NCBI GenBank assembly: GCA_023251485.1
Contig: JAHEYR010000002.1
Coordinates: forward strand, 1 to 50,288
Direction: 5' to 3'
DNA: 50,288 nucleotides
Source of the DNA: Bacteroidales bacterium
GTDB lineage: Bacteria; Bacteroidota; Bacteroidia; Bacteroidales; Cfx3-03
Each line of letters starts with the position of its first letter. Positions within the stretch are counted from its first letter, which is position 1. Positions 1-7,842 of this stretch are shown in pieces. The position numbers were made by a program, and so were the translations under genes. The notes beneath the pieces are model-generated. The model did not search any database. It was given only the letters and a program-made list of their open reading frames with translations, and had not been told where the DNA came from.

Positions 1-200
1 TGTCTATTTATCGCACCAGTGTCGCACGTGTTTCGGACCAGTTTCGCACGAGTCTCGCTCTATATAGCGAGACAGGTGCGAGACACCTGCGAGACATGTG
101 CGAGACACGTGCGAGACGGATACACTTCATATACTCTTTATCCAGGGCTATTCTACCCTTCATCCTACAGTCTTGTCTTAAGGGCGTCAGGAGAGTCTGC
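1..200 (+). repeat. Dispersed non-coding element, copy A (left edge cut by window start). Five 11-nt TnTCGCAC-type units, the dyad GTCTCGCT-CTATAT-AGCGAGAC, five 11-nt GTGCGAGACA-type units, then a conserved tail
   Basis: nt 1-86 and 109-166 match 48734-48819 and 48820-48877 with one mismatch. nt 87-108 (22 nt, two units) occur only in this copy. Weaker similarity (about 22 of 35 by eye) continues to ~200. Confidence 0.85.
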
Positions 201-254
201 TCGTAAGAGCAAAATTTTCAACCCAAATTCTGTATAAATGATCAATAAAGTTGC

Positions 255-262
255 TATTTTTG
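255..262 (+). promoter_or_regulatory. Candidate Bacteroidota -7 promoter box TATTTTTG
   Basis: Matches TAnnTTTG, 24 nt upstream of the ATG at 287. Confidence 0.45.
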
Positions 263-286
263 AGTCAATCTAACCAAATAAACCCA

Positions 287-1129
287 ATGAACATAAAACG
301 AAACCCATTTAACACGCTGACGACATGCCTTCTGTTTGCGTTATTCACTTCATTATTAGCAACTAGCATCTTTGCTCAGACTGCTAAAAAGGCCTCTCCC
401 CTCTTCAAAATCGGGATTGCCGGATACACTTTTAAAGATTTATCGGTAGAGCAATCGATTGATTTAATGAAAAAAATCAATGTGACGAATCTTTCAATAA
501 AAGATATTCAATTACCTCAGACAAGTTCGCAAGCCGAAATTGATGCTGTGAAAGCTAAATTTGCTGCTGGCGGAATTACGCTTTACACGGTTGGTGTGAT
601 CTACATGAAAACCAAAGAACAGGTAGACGTGGCGTTCGATTACGCAAAGAAAGTAGGTGTAAACCTGATCGTTTGCGCCCCTAACTACGAACTACTGGGC
701 TATGTTGAGCAAAAGGTAAAAGAGACGAACATCAGAACCGCCATCCACAACCATGGCCCCGACAACCCTCTTTATCCTAACGCTACCGACACATGGAATC
801 ACATCAAGGATATGGATGCCCGCATGGGAATCTGCATTGACATCGGCCATACGCAACGCGACGGACAAGATCCAAGCATAGACATCGAGCGCTACAAGAG
901 TCGTATCTTCGATATTCACATCAAAGACGTTTCTGCTGCTACAAAAGCCGGTAAAACGATTGAAATGGGAAGAGGTGTGATTGACCTTCCTAAGTTCGTT
1001 AAAACGTTGAAAAAGATTAAGTATAGTGGCGTTTGCAGTCTGGAATTTGAAAAAGACAGCAAAGATCCATTGGCTGGCGTTGCCGAATCGATTGGTTATT
1101 TAAGAGGTATCATTGCCTGTACGGAATAA
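287..1129 (+). CDS. Exported sugar-phosphate isomerase/epimerase-like protein (xylose-isomerase-like TIM barrel)
   Basis: ORF 251..1129. The ATG at 287 is preferred because the TTG at 251 overlaps the promoter box. Signal peptide ends ...LLATSIFAQT. Motifs HNHG, DIGH, HIKD, SLEFE. Confidence 0.8.
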   Translation: MNIKRNPFNTLTTCLLFALFTSLLATSIFAQTAKKASPLFKIGIAGYTFKDLSVEQSIDLMKKINVTNLSIKDIQLPQTSSQAEIDAVKAKFAAGGITLYTVGVIYMKTKEQVDVAFDYAKKVGVNLIVCAPNYELLGYVEQKVKETNIRTAIHNHGPDNPLYPNATDTWNHIKDMDARMGICIDIGHTQRDGQDPSIDIERYKSRIFDIHIKDVSAATKAGKTIEMGRGVIDLPKFVKTLKKIKYSGVCSLEFEKDSKDPLAGVAESIGYLRGIIACTE

Positions 1130-1142
1130 ATTTTAATGAATT

Positions 1143-1191
1143 AAAAAAGGTCGGTTAGTGCATTACAATCTGCACTAACCGACCTTTTTTT
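1143..1191. terminator. Bidirectional rho-independent terminator between convergent genes
   Basis: Perfect 14-bp stem GGTCGGTTAGTGCA / TGCACTAACCGACC with an 8-nt loop, flanked by A6 on one side and T7 on the other. Confidence 0.85.
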
Positions 1192-1212
1192 ATGAGCCAT
1201 ACGGCCGTGCCT

Positions 1213-2910
1213 CTACTTACTGATTGGTATTCCGAGGTTCTGAATTTTATTCTGCATGGCTGGTGTTAGTTGTTTGACCAGCTCTGCATTATACGAAGGA
1301 ACGATAGACATCTTGAAGATCTGTCCTGCTGCGATAGCATATGAACGTGATTTTGCGGCAAACGAACCGTCTTTCACCGAAGGATCTACATCGGTGGTGA
1401 TGATAGAAATTGTATTATCCGTGTTTCTGATGATTTCGAAGGTGCGAAACTCTTGAGGAAATTCTCGTAACGAGCAGGTCTCAACTTCCCAGAAGCCTAA
1501 TTCGGGATGCGTGGGATCAGGTGACTTAAAGGGTGTCACGGTATTGAGATGTCGATGTCCCGACATCCAAAGTAATAAATTGGGATAGGTATTCAGTTTA
1601 GCTATCAAACCGGCCTCGGTTATTGCAGCCTGACTGCTCCATCCTAAATATGAAGTAGCCGACTCTACACCAATCGGTATATGTGCACCAATAATCATCA
1701 GCTTACCTTCGGCCTGGCCTTTATCAAGCTCACTGACCAACCAATCGTAACGCACCTGATCAAGAGACCCGTGTCCAAAGCCACCCAAATCTTTGTCGTC
1801 TTCGCGTTGTGTATCATCAAGCACAATAACTTTGATCGGAATAGTTGTGCTGGGTTCGAATGTATAGCATGCAAATCCTTTTGCTGCATCGGCTTGATTA
1901 AACCCATGCCCTTGCGGTAAGGTAGTGGAAGAAAAGAATTCGTTCATCCAGTCTGAGATGGATAGAGATCGACGGTTTTGATCTTTCGCAACCGTGATCG
2001 GGGTTGTGGTAGCTACCGGACCTGCTCCGATAATGGAGCCATAAGGTGTAGTGCCATCGACTACGCCCATATAATAATCGCGTCGGCTAAAGCCACCAGA
2101 GATGAAGATATTCCCCATTTTAAGGATACTATCACTCACTAAAACCTTTCTGATATAATCGTTCATCGGGTTGGTTCCCATCCAGAAATGATCGTGGTTG
2201 CCAAGTGTTGCATACCATTTGATGGTATGGTCCAATCCGGCTGCAGTGTATTCGTCCTGATAATCATTATGCGGTCCGGCTATGGGATCATCTTTGACAC
2301 CTGAATCGGGGTTTATATTTTTACCATCCAGAACATCAATAAACCATCTCAGCTCGTTGTATTGGGTGTTATTACAGATATCGCCCAATGCTATACCGAA
2401 ATCAAACTGCTTCTGTTTATGAAGAGCATTAATGGTCTGCACTGTTGCATCGAGGACATGTGTGGTATAAAGCATTATCGGAGAATATGCTGAAATAGTG
2501 ACTCCGATAAGACCAAAGAAGATGCCTTCGGCCGGTGACTCTTTATCCGTGATATGGATATCGCTCATGGTAAAGTAATTCAACAGTCGCGCACTTTTTG
2601 TAACGGTTGAATTTGCATAATTAGCAGGCATCAGATCGAGTCGCTTTTGATATTTTAGTCCGCCCCCATATTGCCAAACACCAAAACCATACTGTGAAAA
2701 TTTAGAAATCTCGTAAGATTGTACAGCAACTGGCCAGACGGGTACCGGAACAGGAACAATGGTTCGGTCGACGGTGGTTAAGACTTTTGAATCTATTGGA
2801 TAACTGCCTTGCGTAGTCACGCTATCACTCTTTTTGCAACTATTAAGAAGAATGAATGCAAACATCAGTGCTACGAACAAGCTAATCTCGTTTCTATTTT
2901 TTCGGTTCAT
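1213..2910 (-). CDS. Lipoprotein calcineurin-like metallophosphoesterase
   Basis: 565 aa. Lipobox LLNSC. Phosphoesterase motifs SDIH, GDICNN, GNHD, GAHIP, GHRH in canonical order. Confidence 0.85.
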   Translation of the reverse strand: MNRKNRNEISLFVALMFAFILLNSCKKSDSVTTQGSYPIDSKVLTTVDRTIVPVPVPVWPVAVQSYEISKFSQYGFGVWQYGGGLKYQKRLDLMPANYANSTVTKSARLLNYFTMSDIHITDKESPAEGIFFGLIGVTISAYSPIMLYTTHVLDATVQTINALHKQKQFDFGIALGDICNNTQYNELRWFIDVLDGKNINPDSGVKDDPIAGPHNDYQDEYTAAGLDHTIKWYATLGNHDHFWMGTNPMNDYIRKVLVSDSILKMGNIFISGGFSRRDYYMGVVDGTTPYGSIIGAGPVATTTPITVAKDQNRRSLSISDWMNEFFSSTTLPQGHGFNQADAAKGFACYTFEPSTTIPIKVIVLDDTQREDDKDLGGFGHGSLDQVRYDWLVSELDKGQAEGKLMIIGAHIPIGVESATSYLGWSSQAAITEAGLIAKLNTYPNLLLWMSGHRHLNTVTPFKSPDPTHPELGFWEVETCSLREFPQEFRTFEIIRNTDNTISIITTDVDPSVKDGSFAAKSRSYAIAAGQIFKMSIVPSYNAELVKQLTPAMQNKIQNLGIPISK

Positions 2911-2936
2911 ATAGGTTATACTTAAAGAAAACCATA

Positions 2937-3971
2937 TTAATCTACTTCATCTTTCTTAACTAATTCTTTGGTAGAGAGCATTCCGCACGCGGCATAGATA
3001 TCTAATCCTCTGGAGGCACGGGTAGTGGTGATAATACCTTTCTGATTCAGGGCTTGGTTGAATTGGGCAATGGTGGCTTCGTCCGATCCCTCCAACGGTG
3101 TGCCCGGAATAGGATGAAAACGAATCAGATTGATACGACACTCTATTCCTGATAGGATGCGAATGAGCTCTCTGACGTGACGAGGGGTGTCGTTAACACC
3201 CTTAAACATGATGTATTCAAACGAAATCCTTCGTTGTGGTTCGAGTGGATAAGTGCGGATCTCGGCGAGGACATCCTTGATGGGATATACGTTCTGTATC
3301 GGCATCAGCTGTTTGCGCTCATCATCGAAGGGGGTATGCAGGCTGATGGCCAGATGACAGCCACTGCGATGTAAAAACTCCTTCATCCCGGGGATGATAC
3401 CAATGGATGAAACAGTGATCCGTTTCGAACTCATGGCATAACCCCATGGTGAGGTGAGGATCTCGAGACTGGTCAACACATTTTCAAGGTTATCGAAGGG
3501 TTCACCCATCCCCATATAGACCATATTGGTAATCTGTTCGCGTTCGGGCAGACTGTGTAATTGATTCAGTATCTCGCCTACGGATAAATGTCCCTGGAAG
3601 CCTTGCTTGCCGGTCATGCAAAAGAGGCATCCCATCTTACATCCTACTTGTGAGGATACGCAAAGAGTGGCACGATGCTCGTCGGGGATAAAAGCGGTTT
3701 CTATAAACTTCCCTGCTTTGGCGGGATAGAGATATTTTTTGGTACCATCTTTTGAGACTTGCTCTTTGATGGGGGCTTCGAGTCCTAAATCATAATTTTC
3801 GCTGAGCAGATTTCTGGCTTTCAACGAGAGGTTCGACATCTGCTCTATTGAGGTGATCTGTTTCTTGTACAACCAATCGGCAATCTGAGTGGCTACAAAT
3901 CCAGGCAACCCTAATTGCTTGGCAACTGCTTTGAGTTGCTGCAACGTCATTCCAAACAGCTTATCTTTCAT
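2937..3971 (-). CDS. rlmN: 23S rRNA/tRNA (adenine-C2)-methyltransferase, radical SAM (RlmN family)
   Basis: 344 aa. Radical-SAM cluster motif CKMGCLFCMTG, C-terminal catalytic Cys (AACGML), N-terminal MTLQQLK...FVATQIADWLY typical of RlmN. Confidence 0.9.
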   Translation of the reverse strand: MKDKLFGMTLQQLKAVAKQLGLPGFVATQIADWLYKKQITSIEQMSNLSLKARNLLSENYDLGLEAPIKEQVSKDGTKKYLYPAKAGKFIETAFIPDEHRATLCVSSQVGCKMGCLFCMTGKQGFQGHLSVGEILNQLHSLPEREQITNMVYMGMGEPFDNLENVLTSLEILTSPWGYAMSSKRITVSSIGIIPGMKEFLHRSGCHLAISLHTPFDDERKQLMPIQNVYPIKDVLAEIRTYPLEPQRRISFEYIMFKGVNDTPRHVRELIRILSGIECRINLIRFHPIPGTPLEGSDEATIAQFNQALNQKGIITTTRASRGLDIYAACGMLSTKELVKKDEVD

Positions 3972-3975
3972 GCTG

Positions 3976-3983
3976 CAAAGATA
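3976..3983 (-). promoter_or_regulatory. Candidate -7 box TATCTTTG only 4 nt upstream of the rlmN ATG
   Basis: The minus strand reads TATCTTTG-cagc-ATG. Confidence 0.4.
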
Positions 3984-4003
3984 ATAAGAACCGGCTCAAC
4001 TTT

Positions 4004-5434
4004 TTAATCTTTATGATAAAGATCGAGAGCGGTGATGATGGCAGTGAAGCCCCAGAAAGGAATAGACGATTTATCAGTGTCGAGAAAGTTGTTCATGAAG
4101 CCATGTGCCATGTAGGTGATGAGGCTGAGAAGGGTGATGAGGCTCAATAATCTGACCTCTTTCAGTGCAGCCTTCTGATAGACTTTTATTCCATAGAACA
4201 CGATAGTGGAGAAGAGAATGAGTACTGCCAATAGTCCCGGCCAGCCACTATCGGCCAGGGGACCTAGATATTCGCTGTGAGCATTGCCCCGCTCGCCCAG
4301 ATCGGTACTGATGATGGTCTTTTCGCGCGATTGTTGGTAGGGACCATAGACAAATTGATAAGTTCCGGGGCCCCATCCCAGATTAGGTCGTTCTAAAAAC
4401 AGCCGTATGGCACTGTGCCAACGATTGATGCGTTCGAGGTTGGAGGCATCAGACGACACATTGGAGATCGACTCAATGTGTTCGATATAGTTGGCCGATG
4501 AGTCTTGCTTATTCTTAGCCAGCCGGTCCATCAACACTTGCTGATAGGTATAGAAACCTCCGATAATGATAAAAAGAGAGAGCGCAACCCACCGAAACCT
4601 TATCCGGAATACGATGAGCAGAAACACGATGGCCGAGACAGCAACACTGAACCAGGCCGCTCTGCAATACGACAAGATCAATGCACCACTAAAGAGGATC
4701 AACAGCATTAACGAGACCCATCGAACTGGAAACCGATAAATTCTGCTGAGGGTAAAACCGGCCAACACGGGAATGAAAAAGGCTAACATAACGCCATAAG
4801 CGGTATGATCATTGAAGAAGGGTGCCATCGACCAATTGGCACCTTTCTCAGAAAAGCCATATGCGGCGTGATTTATGGTGGTATTGATGATGACGATGAT
4901 AAAGGCGATGATATAGAGCCAATAGAATAGCTTAATGTTTTTCAGCTTCGAAAAGAGAGCCGTACCCATGAAAAGCATCGGTACCACAAACCACAGTCGT
5001 GCAATCAGATGTTTGAAGGAGACCACCGGAAGCTGGCTAGAGAAGGAGGTCACGGCCATCCACAGGAGGTTGATGATCACCAAAATAACGATGGGGTGGC
5101 GGAAGATTCGAGGATCAGGAAGCTGTCGCATTAACAACTTCAACAAAAAAATAAGTAATAAGGCGGCAAGCAAAGGTTCGGTGGGGACCGAAAGGCTGAG
5201 CTGCGGAAAGATATCTTCTATATTTACGGCCAACGGCGTGGCAATGACGATAAAAAAGAAGATATAATCGAGTCGATAGATAAAAAAAATGACCAACAAT
5301 ATAGCAATGGGCAACAGCCATCCCAATACAGAAAAGCCTAACTGGATCAAGGCAACATTCAGCGTGATGGCGATCAGCGCGATCAGATAAAACAGCCTGA
5401 CAGGCTGCCTGAAATACTGAATGATTGCGTTCAT
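4004..5434 (-). CDS. O-antigen ligase / polymerase-like polytopic membrane protein (Wzy_C-type)
   Basis: ORF 4004..5548 trimmed to the ATG at 5434 (MNAIIQYF). This start overlaps the upstream stop as TGATG. About 10 TM segments, large loop with RINRWHSAIRLF...GWGPGTY...NAHSEYL. Confidence 0.75.
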   Translation of the reverse strand: MNAIIQYFRQPVRLFYLIALIAITLNVALIQLGFSVLGWLLPIAILLVIFFIYRLDYIFFFIVIATPLAVNIEDIFPQLSLSVPTEPLLAALLLIFLLKLLMRQLPDPRIFRHPIVILVIINLLWMAVTSFSSQLPVVSFKHLIARLWFVVPMLFMGTALFSKLKNIKLFYWLYIIAFIIVIINTTINHAAYGFSEKGANWSMAPFFNDHTAYGVMLAFFIPVLAGFTLSRIYRFPVRWVSLMLLILFSGALILSYCRAAWFSVAVSAIVFLLIVFRIRFRWVALSLFIIIGGFYTYQQVLMDRLAKNKQDSSANYIEHIESISNVSSDASNLERINRWHSAIRLFLERPNLGWGPGTYQFVYGPYQQSREKTIISTDLGERGNAHSEYLGPLADSGWPGLLAVLILFSTIVFYGIKVYQKAALKEVRLLSLITLLSLITYMAHGFMNNFLDTDKSSIPFWGFTAIITALDLYHKD

Positions 5435-6411
5435 CAATCCCGATCTGTGGTAATGAAGGAAGAGAGCGTTTCTTTGTTTTCGATCAGAATAACCACCAAT
5501 ATGGAGGTAATCAAGGAAATGGCCATGGCTGTCAGCACAATGATCCACCGGATAGGATATGCCTTTTTCTGTGATGGAAAAGGAGCTGTAACGAGATTAT
5601 AAAAGGTATAGTCGCGTTTATAATCGGCCAATGCTTCATCTTCTTTTACTTTCAGATTACCTAACGCCTTAACGGCATTATGAAACTGCTCATTGATATA
5701 ATAATGCAGCGTTCCTTTGGTCTCGAGTCGTTTCTTCAGATTCAAGACCTCCGGGGTGTTGATGCTGGTGCGGGTGGCGCCATCAACCGTACGCAGATAT
5801 CCTTTGACCATCTGTTCGGTTTGCAGATCTACATCAACCAGTTGATATTTTGCGCTCATCGCCTTGAGAAGGGTGCTGAGTGAATCGATCTCATGCTCTT
5901 TTCGAAGTACGGTTTCGTGACTTAACCGATAGATCTCTCCAAACTTTTCGCGTTGCAGTGCATTTACTTTTCGATTGTAAGTGGTTAGTATGGCATTAAC
6001 CATCTGGCAGGCCGTTGCAGGATCTACATCCATTACCTTTACCTCCACCGATTCGTAAGGGGTCTTGCGGATGGTTACGGCATCATCATAGTAGCGCGAA
6101 ATAGTGTAATAGGATTTGGCTCCTTTGGGATCAATATCGTAATGCTGATACAGGTTGAACGTCTTAATGAGGCTATCTTTGATATCGCGCGACTGGAGCA
6201 GTTGCAGCATCTGTTCGCTATTGCTCTCCTGCGAATAGGGCTTTACATTGGAGGGGTAGACAACAGCGATTGAAGAAAACAGCGGTTGTATAAAAAGCGA
6301 GGAGGAAAAAAGCATTGCAGCAGCCCCCGCGATGAGGGTTACTACCATGAGATGCTTTCTCCATTTATAGGCTATAGCAATCAGGTTGAGATTATTAAAA
6401 TAACTCGTCAT
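5434..6411 (-). CDS. Wzz/PCP-like polysaccharide chain-length determinant protein
   Basis: 325 aa. One N-terminal and one C-terminal TM segment flank a predicted coiled-coil-rich domain. Sits immediately upstream of, and coupled to, the ligase-like gene. Confidence 0.6.
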   Translation of the reverse strand: MTSYFNNLNLIAIAYKWRKHLMVVTLIAGAAAMLFSSSLFIQPLFSSIAVVYPSNVKPYSQESNSEQMLQLLQSRDIKDSLIKTFNLYQHYDIDPKGAKSYYTISRYYDDAVTIRKTPYESVEVKVMDVDPATACQMVNAILTTYNRKVNALQREKFGEIYRLSHETVLRKEHEIDSLSTLLKAMSAKYQLVDVDLQTEQMVKGYLRTVDGATRTSINTPEVLNLKKRLETKGTLHYYINEQFHNAVKALGNLKVKEDEALADYKRDYTFYNLVTAPFPSQKKAYPIRWIIVLTAMAISLITSILVVILIENKETLSSFITTDRD

Positions 6412-6456
6412 TGACTTTTGGATTTTTCTATCGAAATAGAAGGTTATGTGTTATGG

Positions 6457-6464
6457 CAAAGATA
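6457..6464 (-). promoter_or_regulatory. Candidate -7 box TATCTTTG upstream of the wzz-like gene
   Basis: TAnnTTTG match 46 nt upstream of the ATG at 6411. Confidence 0.45.
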
Positions 6465-6476
6465 ATGATTTACCCA

Positions 6477-6522
6477 GCGATGATAAAAATATCAATTTGA
6501 AATGGGAAAAGCAATATTGATG
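6477..6522 (-). repeat. 46-nt upstream sequence, copy 1 (paralogous to 7718-7763)
   Basis: About 37 of 46 positions identical to 7718-7763 when aligned by eye without gaps. Confidence 0.7.
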
Positions 6523-6531
6523 ATGTATGGA

Positions 6532-7665
6532 TTAAACCTTAATAAAAGTTCCTTTCTTATACATCCAATACAAGATGATATAAATCAATCCCAATGCAGC
6601 AACTGATTTAATGAACGGGTAGTATGCCAACGTAAACTGTTCTAGTCCAAAGATGACTCTTTGCACTAAAGATTCGAAGTCGACGAAATGGGTCGCCATG
6701 TATACAAAAATGCTATTCATCCCAATCACTCTCAGCCAGAAGCTCCATCTTTTAAGCCCCTTAACATCGATGAGATAATAGAAAGTAGCTATCAACAGGA
6801 AACATAATCCTGATGAAAAGATAACGAAAGTAGGATTCCAGATGTGTTTAACGATAGGGTATTTCAAATTGATGATCGACCCCAATACTACCATAATAGC
6901 TCCAACGAGTGCGATCATGAAAGCCTTAGAGGTCATCTGATTCTGAAACTTTAGAAAAGATAGTTTGAAGGTGTTCGAAATGATAATCCGACTAGCAAAG
7001 ACACCGGTCATGACGGTTGCTACAAATCCTAACGAGCTCAATACCCATGTATAATGAGATGGGGCATCATCGAAGTGACCAAGTAGCCAATGTTCGAAAT
7101 AGCGGGATGTATTGACATCGGGAGTGCAGATGCCTGCAACATGACCCGGTACCGGAACCAGATATAGAATAACCCAAAAAGCAAACACCAGTGATACGGT
7201 GATACCGACTTGCCATTTAGGACTTGCCTTTATGTATATCAGTAACGAAATAAAATAACCTACAGCAATAGATTGCAGGGTATCGTGCATAAAGAACATT
7301 TTTGATGGATCGAGTGTAAGAAAGTTACATTGACACATTCCGCCTAATAAAAAGAGGATAGCTGAGCGCTTTATAGCATGCAATAAGATTTTTCGGTGAG
7401 ATTCGCCAGAAGCAATGCGCTTATTCATAGAAAAAGGAATGGCCATTCCTACCATGAATAGAAACAAGGGCATAATCAGATCATAACAACGAAACCCTTC
7501 CCATTCCACATGTTCGAACTGAACAGCAAGGGTTTGCATAAACCCTAGATTGGTAGCCTTCGCTAAATAAGAGACGACTCGCTCTCCTCCAATAATCCAT
7601 AACATATCGAATCCACGTAGTGCATCCAAAGAATATAAGCGAGTGTTAGGCGTTAGCGTGCTCAT
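6532..7665 (-). CDS. Integral-membrane acyltransferase (HGSNAT/DUF5009-like)
   Basis: 377 aa, about 10 TM segments. N-terminal RLYSLDALRGFDMLWIIGGE signature of this acyltransferase family. Confidence 0.65.
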   Translation of the reverse strand: MSTLTPNTRLYSLDALRGFDMLWIIGGERVVSYLAKATNLGFMQTLAVQFEHVEWEGFRCYDLIMPLFLFMVGMAIPFSMNKRIASGESHRKILLHAIKRSAILFLLGGMCQCNFLTLDPSKMFFMHDTLQSIAVGYFISLLIYIKASPKWQVGITVSLVFAFWVILYLVPVPGHVAGICTPDVNTSRYFEHWLLGHFDDAPSHYTWVLSSLGFVATVMTGVFASRIIISNTFKLSFLKFQNQMTSKAFMIALVGAIMVVLGSIINLKYPIVKHIWNPTFVIFSSGLCFLLIATFYYLIDVKGLKRWSFWLRVIGMNSIFVYMATHFVDFESLVQRVIFGLEQFTLAYYPFIKSVAALGLIYIILYWMYKKGTFIKV

Positions 7666-7717
7666 TTTGTGGTGAAATATAAATTGATGCTTGTTTGTAA
7701 GATTTTTGTATCATCAT

Positions 7718-7763
7718 GCGATGGTAAAACTATCAAAATGAATTGAAAAAAGCAATATTAGTG
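7718..7763 (-). repeat. 46-nt upstream sequence, copy 2 (paralogous to 6477-6522)
   Basis: See 6477-6522. Lies 53 nt upstream of the acyltransferase ATG. Confidence 0.7.
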
Positions 7764-7842
7764 TTTAAGAAGGATATAATAATATTAGTCGATTGTTCTT
7801 TTCTTCATTAGCACATCAGCACATTCTTTCATTAGCACATTA

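Noticed and set aside
19-237. 72-aa ORF inside repeat copy A, with its counterpart 48733..48945 (70 aa) inside copy B
   Set aside because: The 22-nt indel between the copies shifts the frame. The two ORFs share only the C-terminal segment (ARHVRDGYTSYTL...) and use different frames upstream. There is no start context. They are best explained as chance ORFs in a repeat.
5435-5548. N-terminal extension of the O-antigen-ligase-like ORF (MDHCADSHGH...) that overlaps the wzz-like gene
   Set aside because: The extension overlaps the 3' end of the upstream CDS by 115 nt. The internal ATG at 5434 gives a TGATG-coupled start followed directly by the first TM segment.
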